Notes under the pieces: model-generated
The model's database searches: none
What the model was told of the DNA's origin: nothing
What the model saw: only the letters and a program-made list of their open reading frames with translations
Shown here: positions 13,601 through 27,200 of the stretch, piece by piece
Layout: each line of letters opens with the position of its first letter
How positions within the stretch are numbered: the stretch's first letter is position 1
Program-made: the position numbers and the translations under genes
Origin: Hormiphora californensis
Taxonomy: Eukaryota > Animalia > Ctenophora
DNA length: 64,000 bases
Direction of reading: 5' to 3'
Assembly: GCA_020137815.1 (NCBI GenBank)
Contig: CM035353.1
Span: 1,922,001-1,986,000 of the forward strand

Positions 13601-16207
13601 CCTCTACTACCTGCAGAAAGAAGTGTGGTACTTTTACCAGGTTGTATGTGCTAATTTCACGTGCCACGATGCAGGAACCGACCGAAACAAGTAAACAACC
13701 AATCAGAACTCGTTATTTAGGTCACGTGACTGGTTATCAGCCAATCAGGGACCAGTATTTCCTGATTCGATACACACAACTCACCAGTTGCTCGATGTCA
13801 GTACACTTTCCAAGGTCGACACTCTCTAGCGAGATAGAGCAGGTACTCTTCCCCAAACACTGACCCTCCACTTGGTTGGTAAGATCAACATTACACTCAC
13901 TCTCACTCGATGGACAGGACCTATTGGAGATATATCAGATATTGAGCTAGTGAAACATGGTGATAACTCTAGAATACCAGCTGTTTATCAAGCACCAGCT
14001 GTTTATCAAACTCCATTTGTTTACCAATTACCAGGAACCGACAAAACAAGTAAGCAACCAATCAGAACTCGTTATTTAGGTCACGTGACTGGTTATCAGC
14101 CAATCAGGGACCAGTATTTCCTGATTTGGTAGGTTCCTGGAATTTACCTATCATTGGTTGAAGCAAGGAGGGTAACTAGGATAGTTGAGATGGTATTGGG
14201 TGATTCCTGGCCAACTGGGCAGGTTATATTCCGTTCTGAGGCCGTGGCTGTCGTCTCACAATACTTTCGCCAAATCCTGAAACACATACATGTCATGTAT
14301 CCTGTACTATATGTATGTCACTACTTATTTCCCAGTTTGGTTACGAAGTTACCCCTTGCCAGCGCGCGCGAAGGTCGCCCGGCGACAGAGTGTGAGGTGT
14401 CTTCGATACCAATTTCCCAGTCAAATGTCTGGTGATTTAAGATAAATGTTCTCTGAAATACCCATTTTAAGTGTCACCTACCCTCGTGGTCGGTTGTCAT
14501 TGGTTATCGACTTGAGGAAGAGTGCTCCTTCATAAAACACCCCGGAGACAGGGCTGCCTAGGCGGGATCCCGTGCCCTTGTCGAACTGATGAAGTTCCCC
14601 TGTTTTGGTTAGACCATAGAACACGTCACCGTGAAGGGTAACCGTAGAGAGACTCGTTAAACCCCTCGTCAGTAGGTTCAGGGTGTTATCGGCGGGGTCC
14701 AGGGACAGGATACTGTCAAAGACGTGGAGGTAGACACTCCCACCACCACGGATATCAATCATCACGCTGTGCCAGGGGAGAAAAAGGTTTGTTAGTGTTA
14801 ATCATCACTCTGGAACAATGGGGGGCCTGCTGCAAGAATCTCATGCCTCATTGGCGATTTTCAGGGTAGCTGAGATTTTTGAGGCAGCCCCCCCCCCCAA
14901 CAATATTCAAAATGCTTAATGAACATGTTTCATACACGTGCCACAAGATTAGTGCCATGGGACACAACAACATCGTGATCAGGGGAACAGAGAGGTAATA
15001 TATATATTTCTCATTAGAGCCAAGAAACCTGACTATCATTCCAGTAACATGCAGTAACATCTATGGCCGGAACCCCCCCCCCCCCCCCCCGGAACCCCGT
15101 ATTATTGTACCTGGCTGTACGGGAATAGGTGCTATAACTGGTAACCAGTTCGTACTTTTGGCCAACTGCCGGACTGTTTAGTCTGTACAACACTGTTTTT
15201 CCTTCCGCATTATTCTTTCCTGGGACAATATTTCACTATTTAGGGATGAGATATATCACTATTTAGGGACGAGGTATGAAATATCTATAGTTGGGGTAAG
15301 TAAAGCTGCTGGAGGTTCATTATAAAGCGAGTTGGTATTAGCGGAGCACGGACACAGTGCCAGCTGCGACTCAGGGTATTAGCAGCTGCTGAGTTTAATA
15401 AATTTTGAGTTGGATATTTTGATGTTTCGATTTTTCGCGAAATGTCTGCCTGATCCAGTGTGGGCTGGTACAATACGGGGAGGGGGTGTTTAACAGGAAC
15501 CGACCGAACCAAGTAAACATCCAATCAGAGCTCGTCATTTAGGTCACGTGACTGGTTATCAGCCAATCAGGGACCAGTATGTCCTGATTCGGTCGGTTCC
15601 TGATACGGGGAGGGGTGTTTAATACCTTCTTTATAGATGGTCCAGTAGAGGCTCCATCCGTATGGGTTCAATGCCAGATTTTCAGCGTTACTCACTTGTT
15701 CATCGTCCAGGTCCATCAGGTTGGACCTCAACAACCTGGAGGTATTAAATATTAGGGAGCAATCTCAACAACAACCTAGAGGTATTAAATATTAGGGAGC
15801 AATCTCCTCAACAACCTAGAGGTATTAAATATTAGGGAGCAATCTCCTCAACAACCTAGAGGTATTAAATATTAGTAATCTCCTTTTGGTGCTGACCTCA
15901 ACAACCTAGAGGTATTAAATATTAGGAAGCAATCTCCTCAACAACCTAGAGGTATTAAATATTAGGGAGCAATCTCCTTTTGGTACTGATACACACTAGA
16001 CAAGCCCTCTGTACTTGACATTATATGAATGGGGAAATACCACGTACATACTCGGGCTGATCACGGTTAATCTTAAAACACGATTGCACCATCGCGATAG
16101 AAATGTTGATATCTGCAACGTCTCGCCAAGTGAAGTTTTGAGTTGAGTTTGCGAAATTGATTGTCATTGAGAGAGAGAGAGAGAGAGAGTAGGAGAAAGA
16201 TAGAGAA

Positions 16208-16244
<37 letters not shown>

Positions 16245-16303
16245 AATTAGGAATAGAGAGTAGACCTTCCTCGGGCCTCCCCAGGGTACTTCCCCTCGCT
16301 CTC

Positions 16304-16362
<59 letters not shown>

Positions 16363-16372
16363 TCTCCCCCTC

Positions 16373-16421
<49 letters not shown>

Positions 16422-16682
16422 CTCCTCTCTCTCTCTCTCTCTCCTCTCTCTCCTCTCTCCCTCTCTCCTCTCTCTCCTCCTCTCTCTCTCTCTCTCTCTT
16501 CCTCTCCTCTCTCTCTCTCCTCTCCTCCTCCTCTCTCTCCCCTCTCCCTCTCGCTCCTCTCTCTCCGCTCTCTTGTCCTCCTCTCTCGCTCTCTCCTCCT
16601 CTTTTCTCTCTCTCTTGCTCTGCTCTCTCTTTTCCCCTCCCTCTCTCTCTCCCCTCTCCCCTCTCTCTCCTCTCTCCTCTCG

Positions 16683-16713
<31 letters not shown>

Positions 16714-16872
16714 TCTCCTTCTCTTCTCTCTCTCTCTCTCCTCTCTCTCCTCTCCTCTCTCTCTCTCCTCCTCTCTCTCCTCTCTCTTCTCTCTCTTCTC
16801 TCTCTCCTCTCTCTCCTCTCTCTCTCTCTCTTCCTGCTCCCCTCTCTCTCCTTTTCCCCTCCTGCTCTCTTC

Positions 16873-16903
<31 letters not shown>

Positions 16904-19900
16904 CTCTTCCTCCTCTCATCTCTTCTCTCTTTCTTCTCTCTCTCTCTCTCTCTTCCTCCCCCCTTCCTCTCAACTCTTCTTTTAATTTGCCACCTCTCAC
17001 CCAGTTTGTTGTCACGAGTATCTTATCATCACCAGCTTATACCCATATCCAGGACTCAGAATTTAGATATCGTTGCACAATAAGTTTGCTTATCGTGAAA
17101 AACTATCAACTGGCACTTCGTCTCATATTCATGATATTGTTCCAATCAAACACATATTTTTCGGTTGTTTAGTATTCCTTCAATAACTTTCAAATTCTAA
17201 CAGTGAAGTTATGGAGAGTAACTTGTCAGCATCCTTCTACTATCACATCCCCGCATCTCCCGTGGAACGTGGATTCCTGGGTATGTGGATGTCCACTATA
17301 TCCCTGTTTTCCCTGCTAGGAAACAGCTTCGTCCTCCACTCCTCCATCTACCACAACTCCATCACCCTCGACCATATTTCAGTGTTTCTAATTCGGAATA
17401 TTGCCCTCGTTGATTTGGTGATGGTGGGCATTATTTTGATTAACCTCAGCTCAGTTATAGCAGGAGAGTGGGTGTTAGGAAGTGGGGTGTGCGATGTAGC
17501 GAGTTTCGTCACCATCTACCTGGGTATATGTGAGATTATGTCAATCTGTGCCCTGAATATCTCCAAAATTACCCTCCTCCTAAACCCCCTTCGAGCAAGG
17601 AGACGCAGTGCTGTTACTGGGAAGCCGCTCTGTATCGTCATGTGGATAATACCCCTCTTCCAGGTGATACCAGCCTATATTTTCGGAAGAAAACAAGAAT
17701 TCCGGGTCACATACTACAGCTGCCAGGGGTACTTTGAGGACGATGCTAGATCCATTCTAATTCCAAAGATATCTGCTACCCTCTTCCTCATCCTCCCGAT
17801 GCTCATTATGGCGGGTGGAACAGTGTTCCTCCTAGTGTTCCTACTGAGGATGAGAAATCAGCAGAGGTTCAACAGACAGGGAGTTGCTGTACTTATCCTC
17901 GTTTCTGCTACTTATCTCACATCCTTCCTGCCCTATGGACTAGTCATGGTTCACAGGGCTAAGATTTCTGTACAGAGGTGGTCAGCAATTTACTACTCTA
18001 GGTTCGCTTGTGCTGCACTGTATATCAGTTTTACCAGTAACCCCCTGATTTATTGGATATCTATTAGGAGTTTCAAGGAACACACAACCCAGTGGTTTCA
18101 AGGGATCACAGTTCCCGTTGCTATGGATACGAGTAGCAGTAACGGGAAGAGGAATAGAAGTGATCCAAAGCAGAAAACTACCAAGAGTATACTCTAGTGC
18201 ATAGTATAGCGTCGTGTGAGAGAATGTGAACATATTCAGCTGATTTTATGTATTATTTGGTATATTGAGTATGAATATTGTTTATCCGGAAAACGGGGTT
18301 TCGGAGTGACGAGCTGATTGATCTAAATTCTAATTCTTCACTTGGTGACAATGTCCCACCAAGTCCCCGTAACTATTGTTGCCTATGTCATTAGGCTAAA
18401 AACTAATTGAAATTAGTTGGTGGGAATGTAATATAGTACAATTAAGTCCAAAAACCAATTAAATAAATTAGTTTGGATGCCCGGGCCCATGTGGTGTCAC
18501 GGGGGTAACACCTTTAGGCTACTGTCATAAATGATGGATATCGAGAGAGATAAAGGCAAAGGAAATTAGGATAGAAAGAGTGAGATATAATCAAGAAAGA
18601 CGGAGAGATGAATTAGAGGACAGAGAGAGAGAGAGAGAGAAAAAGAGAGATATAGTGAAAGAAACAGTGAGAGAGAAAGAGAGAGAAATAGTGTGAGAGA
18701 GAGAGTGAGAGAGAGAGAGAGATAGAAAGATTGAAGGATAACAATTAACAATTAACGAGATATGCCGTTAATTATGGCAGTAGCCTAAAGGTGTTACCCC
18801 CGTGACACCACATGGGCCCGGGCATCCAAACTAATTTATTTAATTGGTTTTTGGACTTAATTTCTGTTCTTTTTGGTGTTAAATAGAAAAGGCTATTTTT
18901 TCTGATTTCTGCATATTTTCGAATTTAAATAGTTCATAAATATGCGAATAACGACTAAACGGTGAGAGATACGACTTTTTGTAAGGGGGATGACCCCCCA
19001 TAAATCGACTATTCTGCGCTGGAATATGTCCATGAAAACGTTCTAGGACCAGCCGAAGTGGAAATATTAAGAATATGCATTAAATCATGAATCGGTGCAT
19101 AATTATGCAAATAACGGCTTAACGGTGCCAGATAGAGATTTTTGTTCCGAGTAAGACCCCCCATAAATCGACTATTTTGCGTCGAAATATGTCTATGAAA
19201 ACGTTCTAGGATCAGCTGAACTGGAAATATTCAGAATATTCATTAAATCATGAATCGGTGCATAAATATGCAAATAACGGCTTAACGGTGCGAGATACGA
19301 CTTTTTGTCCGGGGGACGACCCCCCATAATTCGACTATTTTACGTCGAAATATGTCCATGAAAACGTTCTAGGACCAGCCGAAGTGAAAATATTGAAAAT
19401 ATGCATAAAATCGTGAATCGGTGCATAAACATGCAAATAACGGCTTAACGGTGCGAGATAGAGATTTTTGTCCCGAGTAAGACCCCCCCATAAATCGACC
19501 ATTCCGCGTCGAATAAGACCGGTTTTAAGTCTTTATGACCTTTGAGTCGTGTCATATCGCACTAATTAATGATTAATTAATGACTAATTAATGAATAATT
19601 AATGAACTATGGCGATATCGAAGTTCTCACACGGCTATTACCGAGCGCAATGATGTAAGGAACCACTGTTCCAAACGGCAAGTCTCTACTATTTGTGGTT
19701 TAGGAGAACACTCAAAGATAAAAAAGCGTCCTCCCCCCCCCTCCCCCTCCTTACATTTTTGCCTTTTGGGACCCCTCTGGCAAATTTTTACCTTTCATCC
19801 GATCGTTCTGAAAATTTGTATGCCTCTTCTCCTATATGAGGGCCCTCAGAGTACAAAATTTCAGCTCTCTACTTCATCTGGAACATGTTTTTTTAAAGCA

Positions 19901-22900
19901 TCAAAAACCCCGAAATCTGCAATGGTATATAGTAGCACTGGCAGGTTTTCACGCGCTTGTGTGTAGAAGTGTTGCGTGTGCTCTCTCTTTTGTTTTTTGA
20001 GTTAGAGGGTATTTCTAAGGTGGGGGCTCTGCCCCCACACCCCCGTTTATGGTGGGGGCTGTGCCCCCACACCCCCCTTTTGGGCCCGGGACACTTGCCA
20101 GTGCTATGACTTATAAGTACTACACATACCCGTCTAGAGAGGAAACGTAGAAGCCCTGATTTGAGGACCAGATGACAGCTTGATGCAGCCAATCATACAC
20201 CAGCCCTTGGATGAACACACCTCCTGTAACAGGTTGTTCAGTAAGGGGGGATCAGGGGGTAACAGGTCTGTTAAATTGGAAAATTTGGAGATTTAAGGAA
20301 TCAGCTGCAGACAAGAAGAAGACAAACAGACAGAAATTTAGATCAGGTTACACATGGATTGGGTTTAACATGTATAGGGTAACACATTTATATTTCGGGT
20401 AACACATTTATATTTCGGGTAACATACATATATAATTGTTCAGTTTGTTGAATTGTACAGAGATAACGGTGTAATGTATATTGGAATTGGAATAACGAAC
20501 AAAAGGCTGATCAGGATCACACATGTAATTATAGGTGGTTGTTGATATCGGACCAGAGGGGGGACGGGTCTAAAAGGTCACTTTTAGGGTTAAGTCTTAA
20601 CCGTTTGCACTAAAACGATTCAAATTAGTCTATCTGGTCTCTTATAGAGCCGGCTGCCGGACCAAACCCAAAAAGTGACTTTTTAGACCCGTTGACCCCC
20701 CTCTGGTGCTATGTTAATACTGCAGCCACTCTTTAATTTATAATATTACAGCTCAATGTTTATACTGTTAGGTAAGAGCAGTGCTCTGGATAAGATGGTC
20801 TTCCAGCCCACAGTAAGCTTTGGAGGAGTGGAAATCAGCCCTATGGAATTTACTGGATCTGCAGGGAAGACCCTGGGTGTATTCCTAGACAGTAACATTT
20901 CGATGGAAAGGCAGATCAACAGTGTTAAGAAGCAATGTGGAATGCTTCTCAAGAATTTGTGGCAGGTTAACCGATGTTTGGATAAACCGACCAAGATGCT
21001 TCTGGTGAAGCAACTCATCGTTTCGAGACTTGACTACTGTAATGTCCTTTATTCTGGCTTACCAAAGAAGCTCCTGGATAGCTTGCAGCGAGTTCTGAAC
21101 TCATGTGTCAGATTTGTGTATGGCCTGTATGGTCACCAGGACAGTTACATGCCCTACATGAGTGAAATGCACGTCCTCCCGATTGAACAGCGAGTTAAGT
21201 TCAAGGTTTGCTTAATGGCGTACAAGATTGTACATGGCTTGGCTCCAGTGTACCTGCAGGAACAGGTCCCTGTGGATGATGGACTACATGTGATCCGGAC
21301 TACCAGAGGAAACGCTCAGCCTGATGGCCTCAAGCTGAGGTATCCTAAGCTATCCAGTGTGAATGCAACTTCTAAGTTGAGGAGGAGACGTCCGTCGGTT
21401 TATCTGCCAGAAATCTGGAATAAGCTTTCCATTGATCTGAGAGCAATTGACTCTGTGGACTCTTTCAAGTCTAAGCTCAAGACTAGTCTCTTCATTGAGG
21501 CTTTCGGTGAATCCTGATTGTCCTAGGAGTGTTCTCTCCATCTTACTGAGGTTTGTGCTCTAGCTGGTACCTGTTTTATTTTTTCTGTATTTTGGCTCGT
21601 GGCGAGCAGAAGTGTGAAGCACGTTTTGGGTTTTTTCATAGCACGAGTGTTTTCTATCTATTGGACTTTTAAACCATCTTTTTAGAGTTTCAGGACTCTA
21701 TCTCAGTCTGTTATGTTTTCAGTTACCGATAGTTATGTGGGCCGTTGTTTTTTTCTTTACCATTTTTTTTTGTGTGCAATATTAAGGATTAGTCGGCAGG
21801 TCTATTCAAGTATATTAACCGTTCAGATCATCCTTCAGTGACAGCAACAGTTCTACTGCTCTGTCCCTGTCGGATATGGGCGGAATACAAACATAGTTAT
21901 TATTATTATTATTATAATCACACGCGATTAATGAGTGTGGTATTTGAAGAGCCCGCGGACAGTACGAGCTAGCTAAATATTAATTATGGGGGTCCAGCCC
22001 TAAAAAAGCTAAGCCATCGGCCAAAATCAGGGCACCGTTAGCTTTTTTAGGGCTGGATTCCTCCAATATAATAATTATTAATTAATTAATTAATTAAAAA
22101 ACGATTGTGTGCTTTATGTAAAGAATTAGCAGAAAGGATTGACATGGATGTTAAAGGAGAGATTCACATTATAGCGCTGCCACCTACCTGCCAGAATATG
22201 TCGCTGGGTGTTGCCTGACATAAATCCAACAACTGATATAGAGCCCCCTACAGATATTATATGATGGTACGTTGTTGTCATGGGCTATACTCATGTTATT
22301 ATATGGTGTGGCGTGTAACCATGGTAACCGCGGAGCCACAGTTTCTAGTAGTAACAATTATGATGACAGCTCGGTAGTAACCATGGTAACAGCTCAGTGT
22401 TAACCACCCGTTTACCATGGTAACCGTGCCATAGTGGTAACGATGGTAACAGCTCAGTGTTACCAATGGTAACCAGTTGTAACCGTGCCATAGTGGTAAC
22501 GATGGTAACAGCTCAGTGTTACTAATGGTAACAAGTTGTAACCGTGCCATAGTGGTAACGATGGTAACAGCTCAGTGTTACCAATGGTAACCGAGTGGTA
22601 ACCATGCCATAGTGGTAACAAGTGTTAACTAACTGCATGTGTACCTTGTCTGACGATATCATCTTTATTGGATCCATCTAGTCCAACTGATCGGATAGAA
22701 TGATGGTTGAGCTCACCCCATATCACCTGTTATACAAGGAGGTGATCAGTGGGTTAGATCCAGGAACCGGCCGAAACAAGTAAACAACCAATCAGAACTC
22801 GTTATTTAGGTCACGTGACTGGTTATCAGCCAATCAGGGACCAGTATTTCCTGATTCGGTCGGTTCCTGAATCAAAAATACAATAATCCAAGTCCTAGGA

Positions 22901-24157
22901 AACCAAATCATGATATGTAAACCTGATCAAGTCCATTGGGGGTTAGTGAGGTAGTCCAGTCCTACAATGGCACTCTCCTTATCTACCACAGTGAGAACCT
23001 TCTCAGGTTTGAATTGGCTGGTGACCTTGTAGAGACTGATTGAGCCCTGGTAACCCGCCACCAGATGATCAAATACCGCTGAAGTGATTAACAGTAATTA
23101 CCAAGTGATTACCAAGTGGTAACCATGGTAACAGTGATTGCCATGGTAACAGCTTAGTGGTAACCATGGTAACCATTGAGTTACAATATATACTACTTAC
23201 AGCACCGGATGCCTCCGATATCGAGTTGTCGTTTACAGCTGCAACTTCTCTCCACACCCCCCTCTCGGGGTAGACAGAGGTCCTGACAGTCCCCATTAGC
23301 TATGGAGCAGCCCAGGGGAGGGTGCCCAGGACACACCCAGGTGTCATCAGTCTTGACAGCTGAGGGGGGTGTATATAATCTATAAAGCGTTGTTAGGGGT
23401 GGTTGCTATGGAGCAGCCCAGGGGAGGGTGCCCAGGACACACCCAGGTGTCATCAGTCTTGACAGCTGAGGGGGGTGATCTATATTATAAAGCGTTGTTA
23501 GGGGTGGTTGCTATGGAGCAGCCCAGGGGAGGGTGCCCAGGACACACCCAGGTGTCATCAGTCTTGACAGCTGAGGGGGGGGGTGGTATATATTATAAAG
23601 CGTTGTTAGGGGTGGTTGCTATGGAGCAGCCCAGGGGAGGGTGCCCAGGACACACCCAGGTGTCATCAGTCTTGACAGCTGAGGGGGGGGTGGTATATAT
23701 AATCTATAAAGCGTTGTTACGGGTGGTTGCTATAGTGGAGGGAGACATTTAATATCACCTGTCATCTATATTATAAAGCAGAGAACCTTGCAAGACAAAA
23801 TTTGGAGGAGGGGGTTTTAGAGTTTGCACGTGGAAAATTGACGTGTTGTTAGGGATGGTTGGTGGGGGGTTTGGGGAGTTGCCATGATGGTGGGCAAGAG
23901 TGTTAATACTGCACGTGCATGTTGTTGGGTGTTGTATTGCGTGTTCCTGTGGTGTTTGGCCATCTACTGCTGCGGCCCCGATGAATGCCAAAGCTTTTCT
24001 ACCAATTCGTATCCCCTTTAATAACTCTACACAGCTCCAGTTCTACCGATCTTTATCACCTGATTCTGTATGTTCTTCAGCTGCAGTACTCTAAAGAGTT
24101 CCCTGTACCAGCTTCCATATTCACCAGCCCGATATGAAGACGATAGAGAGAAAGAGG

Positions 24158-24223
<66 letters not shown>

Positions 24224-27200
24224 GGGGAGGGAATGATGAGGTTAGAGGGGGGGGGGGTTGTTGTAGGACTCCAACTGGCTGTAAGGGGGTTATGGGGTGA
24301 GTTGGTCAACATAGCCCGGGGGCGGGGGAGGGAGGGTGCTGAAGAATGAGTATTCAATAATGTGGGACGAGAGCAGTCAGTAGATATTGAGAGGATTCGA
24401 TAGGGGTGGGAGGAGTCAGTAGGGGGCGAGAGGAGTTTTGGGTCTTTTGCCTGGGCTCTCTAGTCTATATTATAAAGCAGAGAACCTTGCAAGACAATTG
24501 GTTTTTGGGGGTTTTTAGGGCTCGCACGTGCAAAATTGGCATGTTGTTAGGGGTGTTTGGTGGGGTTTGGGGCGTGCACGTGCGTGTGTAAAGGTTTTAT
24601 AAATTTGGGGGATAATAGCTGATTTGAAAGAGTATGAGATTATCTTTCTAATGAGCCTTGGTTTTTTGAAATTGGTTGAGAAATGACTGAGTAATGGGGG
24701 AAATGGTGAAAAATTTGTAAGAAATGTGGGGCTCTGAACTGCTTCAGATCACAGATTGAGAAAGGGGTTAGGGAAGTGTTCATTATGGCGTTATAGGGGA
24801 GTGAATAGAGGGTGAGATGGAGTGAATAGGGGACGATATGAATCAATAGGGGCCGAGGGGAGTCAATAGGGATAAGAGGGATGAGGACTGAGGGGAGTCA
24901 ACAGGGGGAAGGGGGTGTGGAGTTTGATCTCGCGACCGGAGGTGCCGCGAAGCGGCGCCGTAGGGAGCAAAGTAGGCATGAGCCAGGGATTAGGATTGAG
25001 AGGAGTCAATAGGGTGTGAGAGTTTTTTGTTCTTTTGCCTGGGCTCTCTAGTCTATATTATAAAGCAGAGATGGTTGCAAGACAAAATTTGGGGAGGGGG
25101 GTTTTAGGGCTTGCACGTGGAAAATTGGCGTGTTGTTAGGGGTGTTTGGTGGGGTTTGGGGAGTGCACGTGCGTGTGTAAAGGTTTTCTAATCTTGGGGG
25201 ATAATAGCTCTTTGGAAAGAGGTTGAGTTGATCTTTCTAATGAGCCCAAGATTTTCGAAATTGGTTGAGAAATGACGGAGTTATGGCAAAAATGGTGAAA
25301 AATGTGGGGTTCTGAACTGCTTCAGATCACAGATTGAGAGAGGGGTGAGGGGAGTATTCATTATGGCGTAGGGTAGTGAATAGAGGGTGAGATGGAGTGA
25401 ATAGGGGACGATATGATTCAATAGGGGCCGAAGCGAGTCAATAGGGATAAGAGGGGTGAGGACTGAGGGGAGTCAACAGGGGGAAGGGGTGTGGATTATG
25501 ATCTCGCGACCGGAGGTGCCGCGAAGCGGTGCCGTAGGGAGCAAAGTAGGCATGAGCCAGGGATCGGGATTGAGAGGAGTCAATAGGGTGTGAGAGTTTT
25601 TTGCCCGACATGGAGATACAAAGAGTGAGGGGGGATAGAGACGGGTGGGTGGGGGGTGTGTTGTAGGACTTAACAATGGGCTTTCTAGTGTGTTAAAAAA
25701 GGGGGAGATTTAGAAGACAGCAATTGAATTGTATTGTTCATGAGGTGCAACAGCACAACAATTTCATGGTAGGAGAAACTGTGATTCAGCTCTCTCTCTC
25801 TAGTTCTAATTAATTACTTATTTAATTGTAACAAACAACATACTTGCTGCAGTGATAGTAGTGATTCCAGTGATTTCTCCCACTGTGTTACTCCCTGGCT
25901 CCCGGCCTATACCAAACTCCAGCGCGTTCTCTGGAGGGAGGGGGCTACTGTGAGTCAGAGTGTCAATTTATTGATCCCATTATAATATTGCTGATTCTTG
26001 TTGTTGAAGAGACAGAGTGAGCTATGGAAACAGTCATGTACAGAATGTCATGTTTACACTGCACAGCTCTTTTGTACTAGACAAACAATAAATAGGGAAT
26101 TGGTGACGGAAATTATAGCCTTTAAAAGAAAATAATTTGACATATTTATACATCTCTGATCTAATCTCGGCATTTGGTTGCATATCCCTTTGATACATAA
26201 ACAGGGTGTTCATTTTGGATTTTTACAAGCGTTTCATGACCTAATCATATCAACTCACTTCTCGGTGGAAGCTTGTAAAAGTCCAAAATGAACACCCTGT
26301 ACATTGGTGTGTGGTACAGCTGCAACTCTTACTTTGTCCAGAGCAAGAAACCCTCAACCATGAGATATCGGTGGTAACATTTGACCTGACCAGATCTGAT
26401 CCAGTCCGGAGGGAGAACTTGTAGGCCAGGTTTGTAGTACTCTCAAAGGTGATTCCAGAACAAGCTGCATGAGTAAACCACGTGTAGTTATAAGCCACGG
26501 AGTGGGGTGTATGTTAACCACAGAACAAGCTGCATGGTAAACCACGTGCAGGTTAACCACGTGTAGTGGGGTGTATGTTAACCACAGAACAAGCTGCATG
26601 GTAAACCACGTGTAGTGGGGTGTAGGTTAGGGATGCTGTCCTCATTCTCTCTTTTAACATATTGATCAGGGACATGCTGTGTGTGGTTCCCCATATTATA
26701 TCAAGGAACATTCAAAGAGATAAAGAAGCTGCAAGCAAGAAGAAGGATTTGCGATGAAGCTATAAACAATCATTCATGTATGGATCAGGAACCGACCGAA
26801 CCAAGTAAACAACCAATCAGAACTCGTTATTTAGGTCACGTGACTGGTTATCAGCCAATCAGGGACCAGTATTTCCTGATTCGGTCGGTTCATGTATAGA
26901 TCATATATCGGTTGAAGTTAGTCTTTTCATATCAGATAAATAGTGATGCAAAGTTCAGGGCAGCTTCATCAAATGATGATTTTCAGATCAATCAAAGAGA
27001 AAGAAAAGAGGAGAAAGATCATCATGTTCAAGATAAAAAAGGAGAAAGATTATCATTCTCAAGATAAAAAAAGAAGAGAAAGATTATCATTCAGGACCAT
27101 AAAAAAGAGAAAGATCATTGCACTGCAAAGAGGAGAGGATGATGCAGTTCAGATCAGCAATACTTACAGTGGTAGGAGGCACAGTCTTCCCGTGCCTTAC

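Noticed and set aside
13642-14132. ORFs containing [30 protein letters not shown]
   Set aside because: This is a translation of the 108-bp MITE, not a protein domain.
16164-17172. Long ER-rich and SL-rich ORFs
   Set aside because: They are translations of a GA/CT low-complexity tract; the same applies to 995-1616, 24070-24357 and 40641-41003.
17211-18197. Possible opsin
   Set aside because: Position 7.43 (seven residues before the NPxxY proline) is Tyr, not the retinal-binding Lys.
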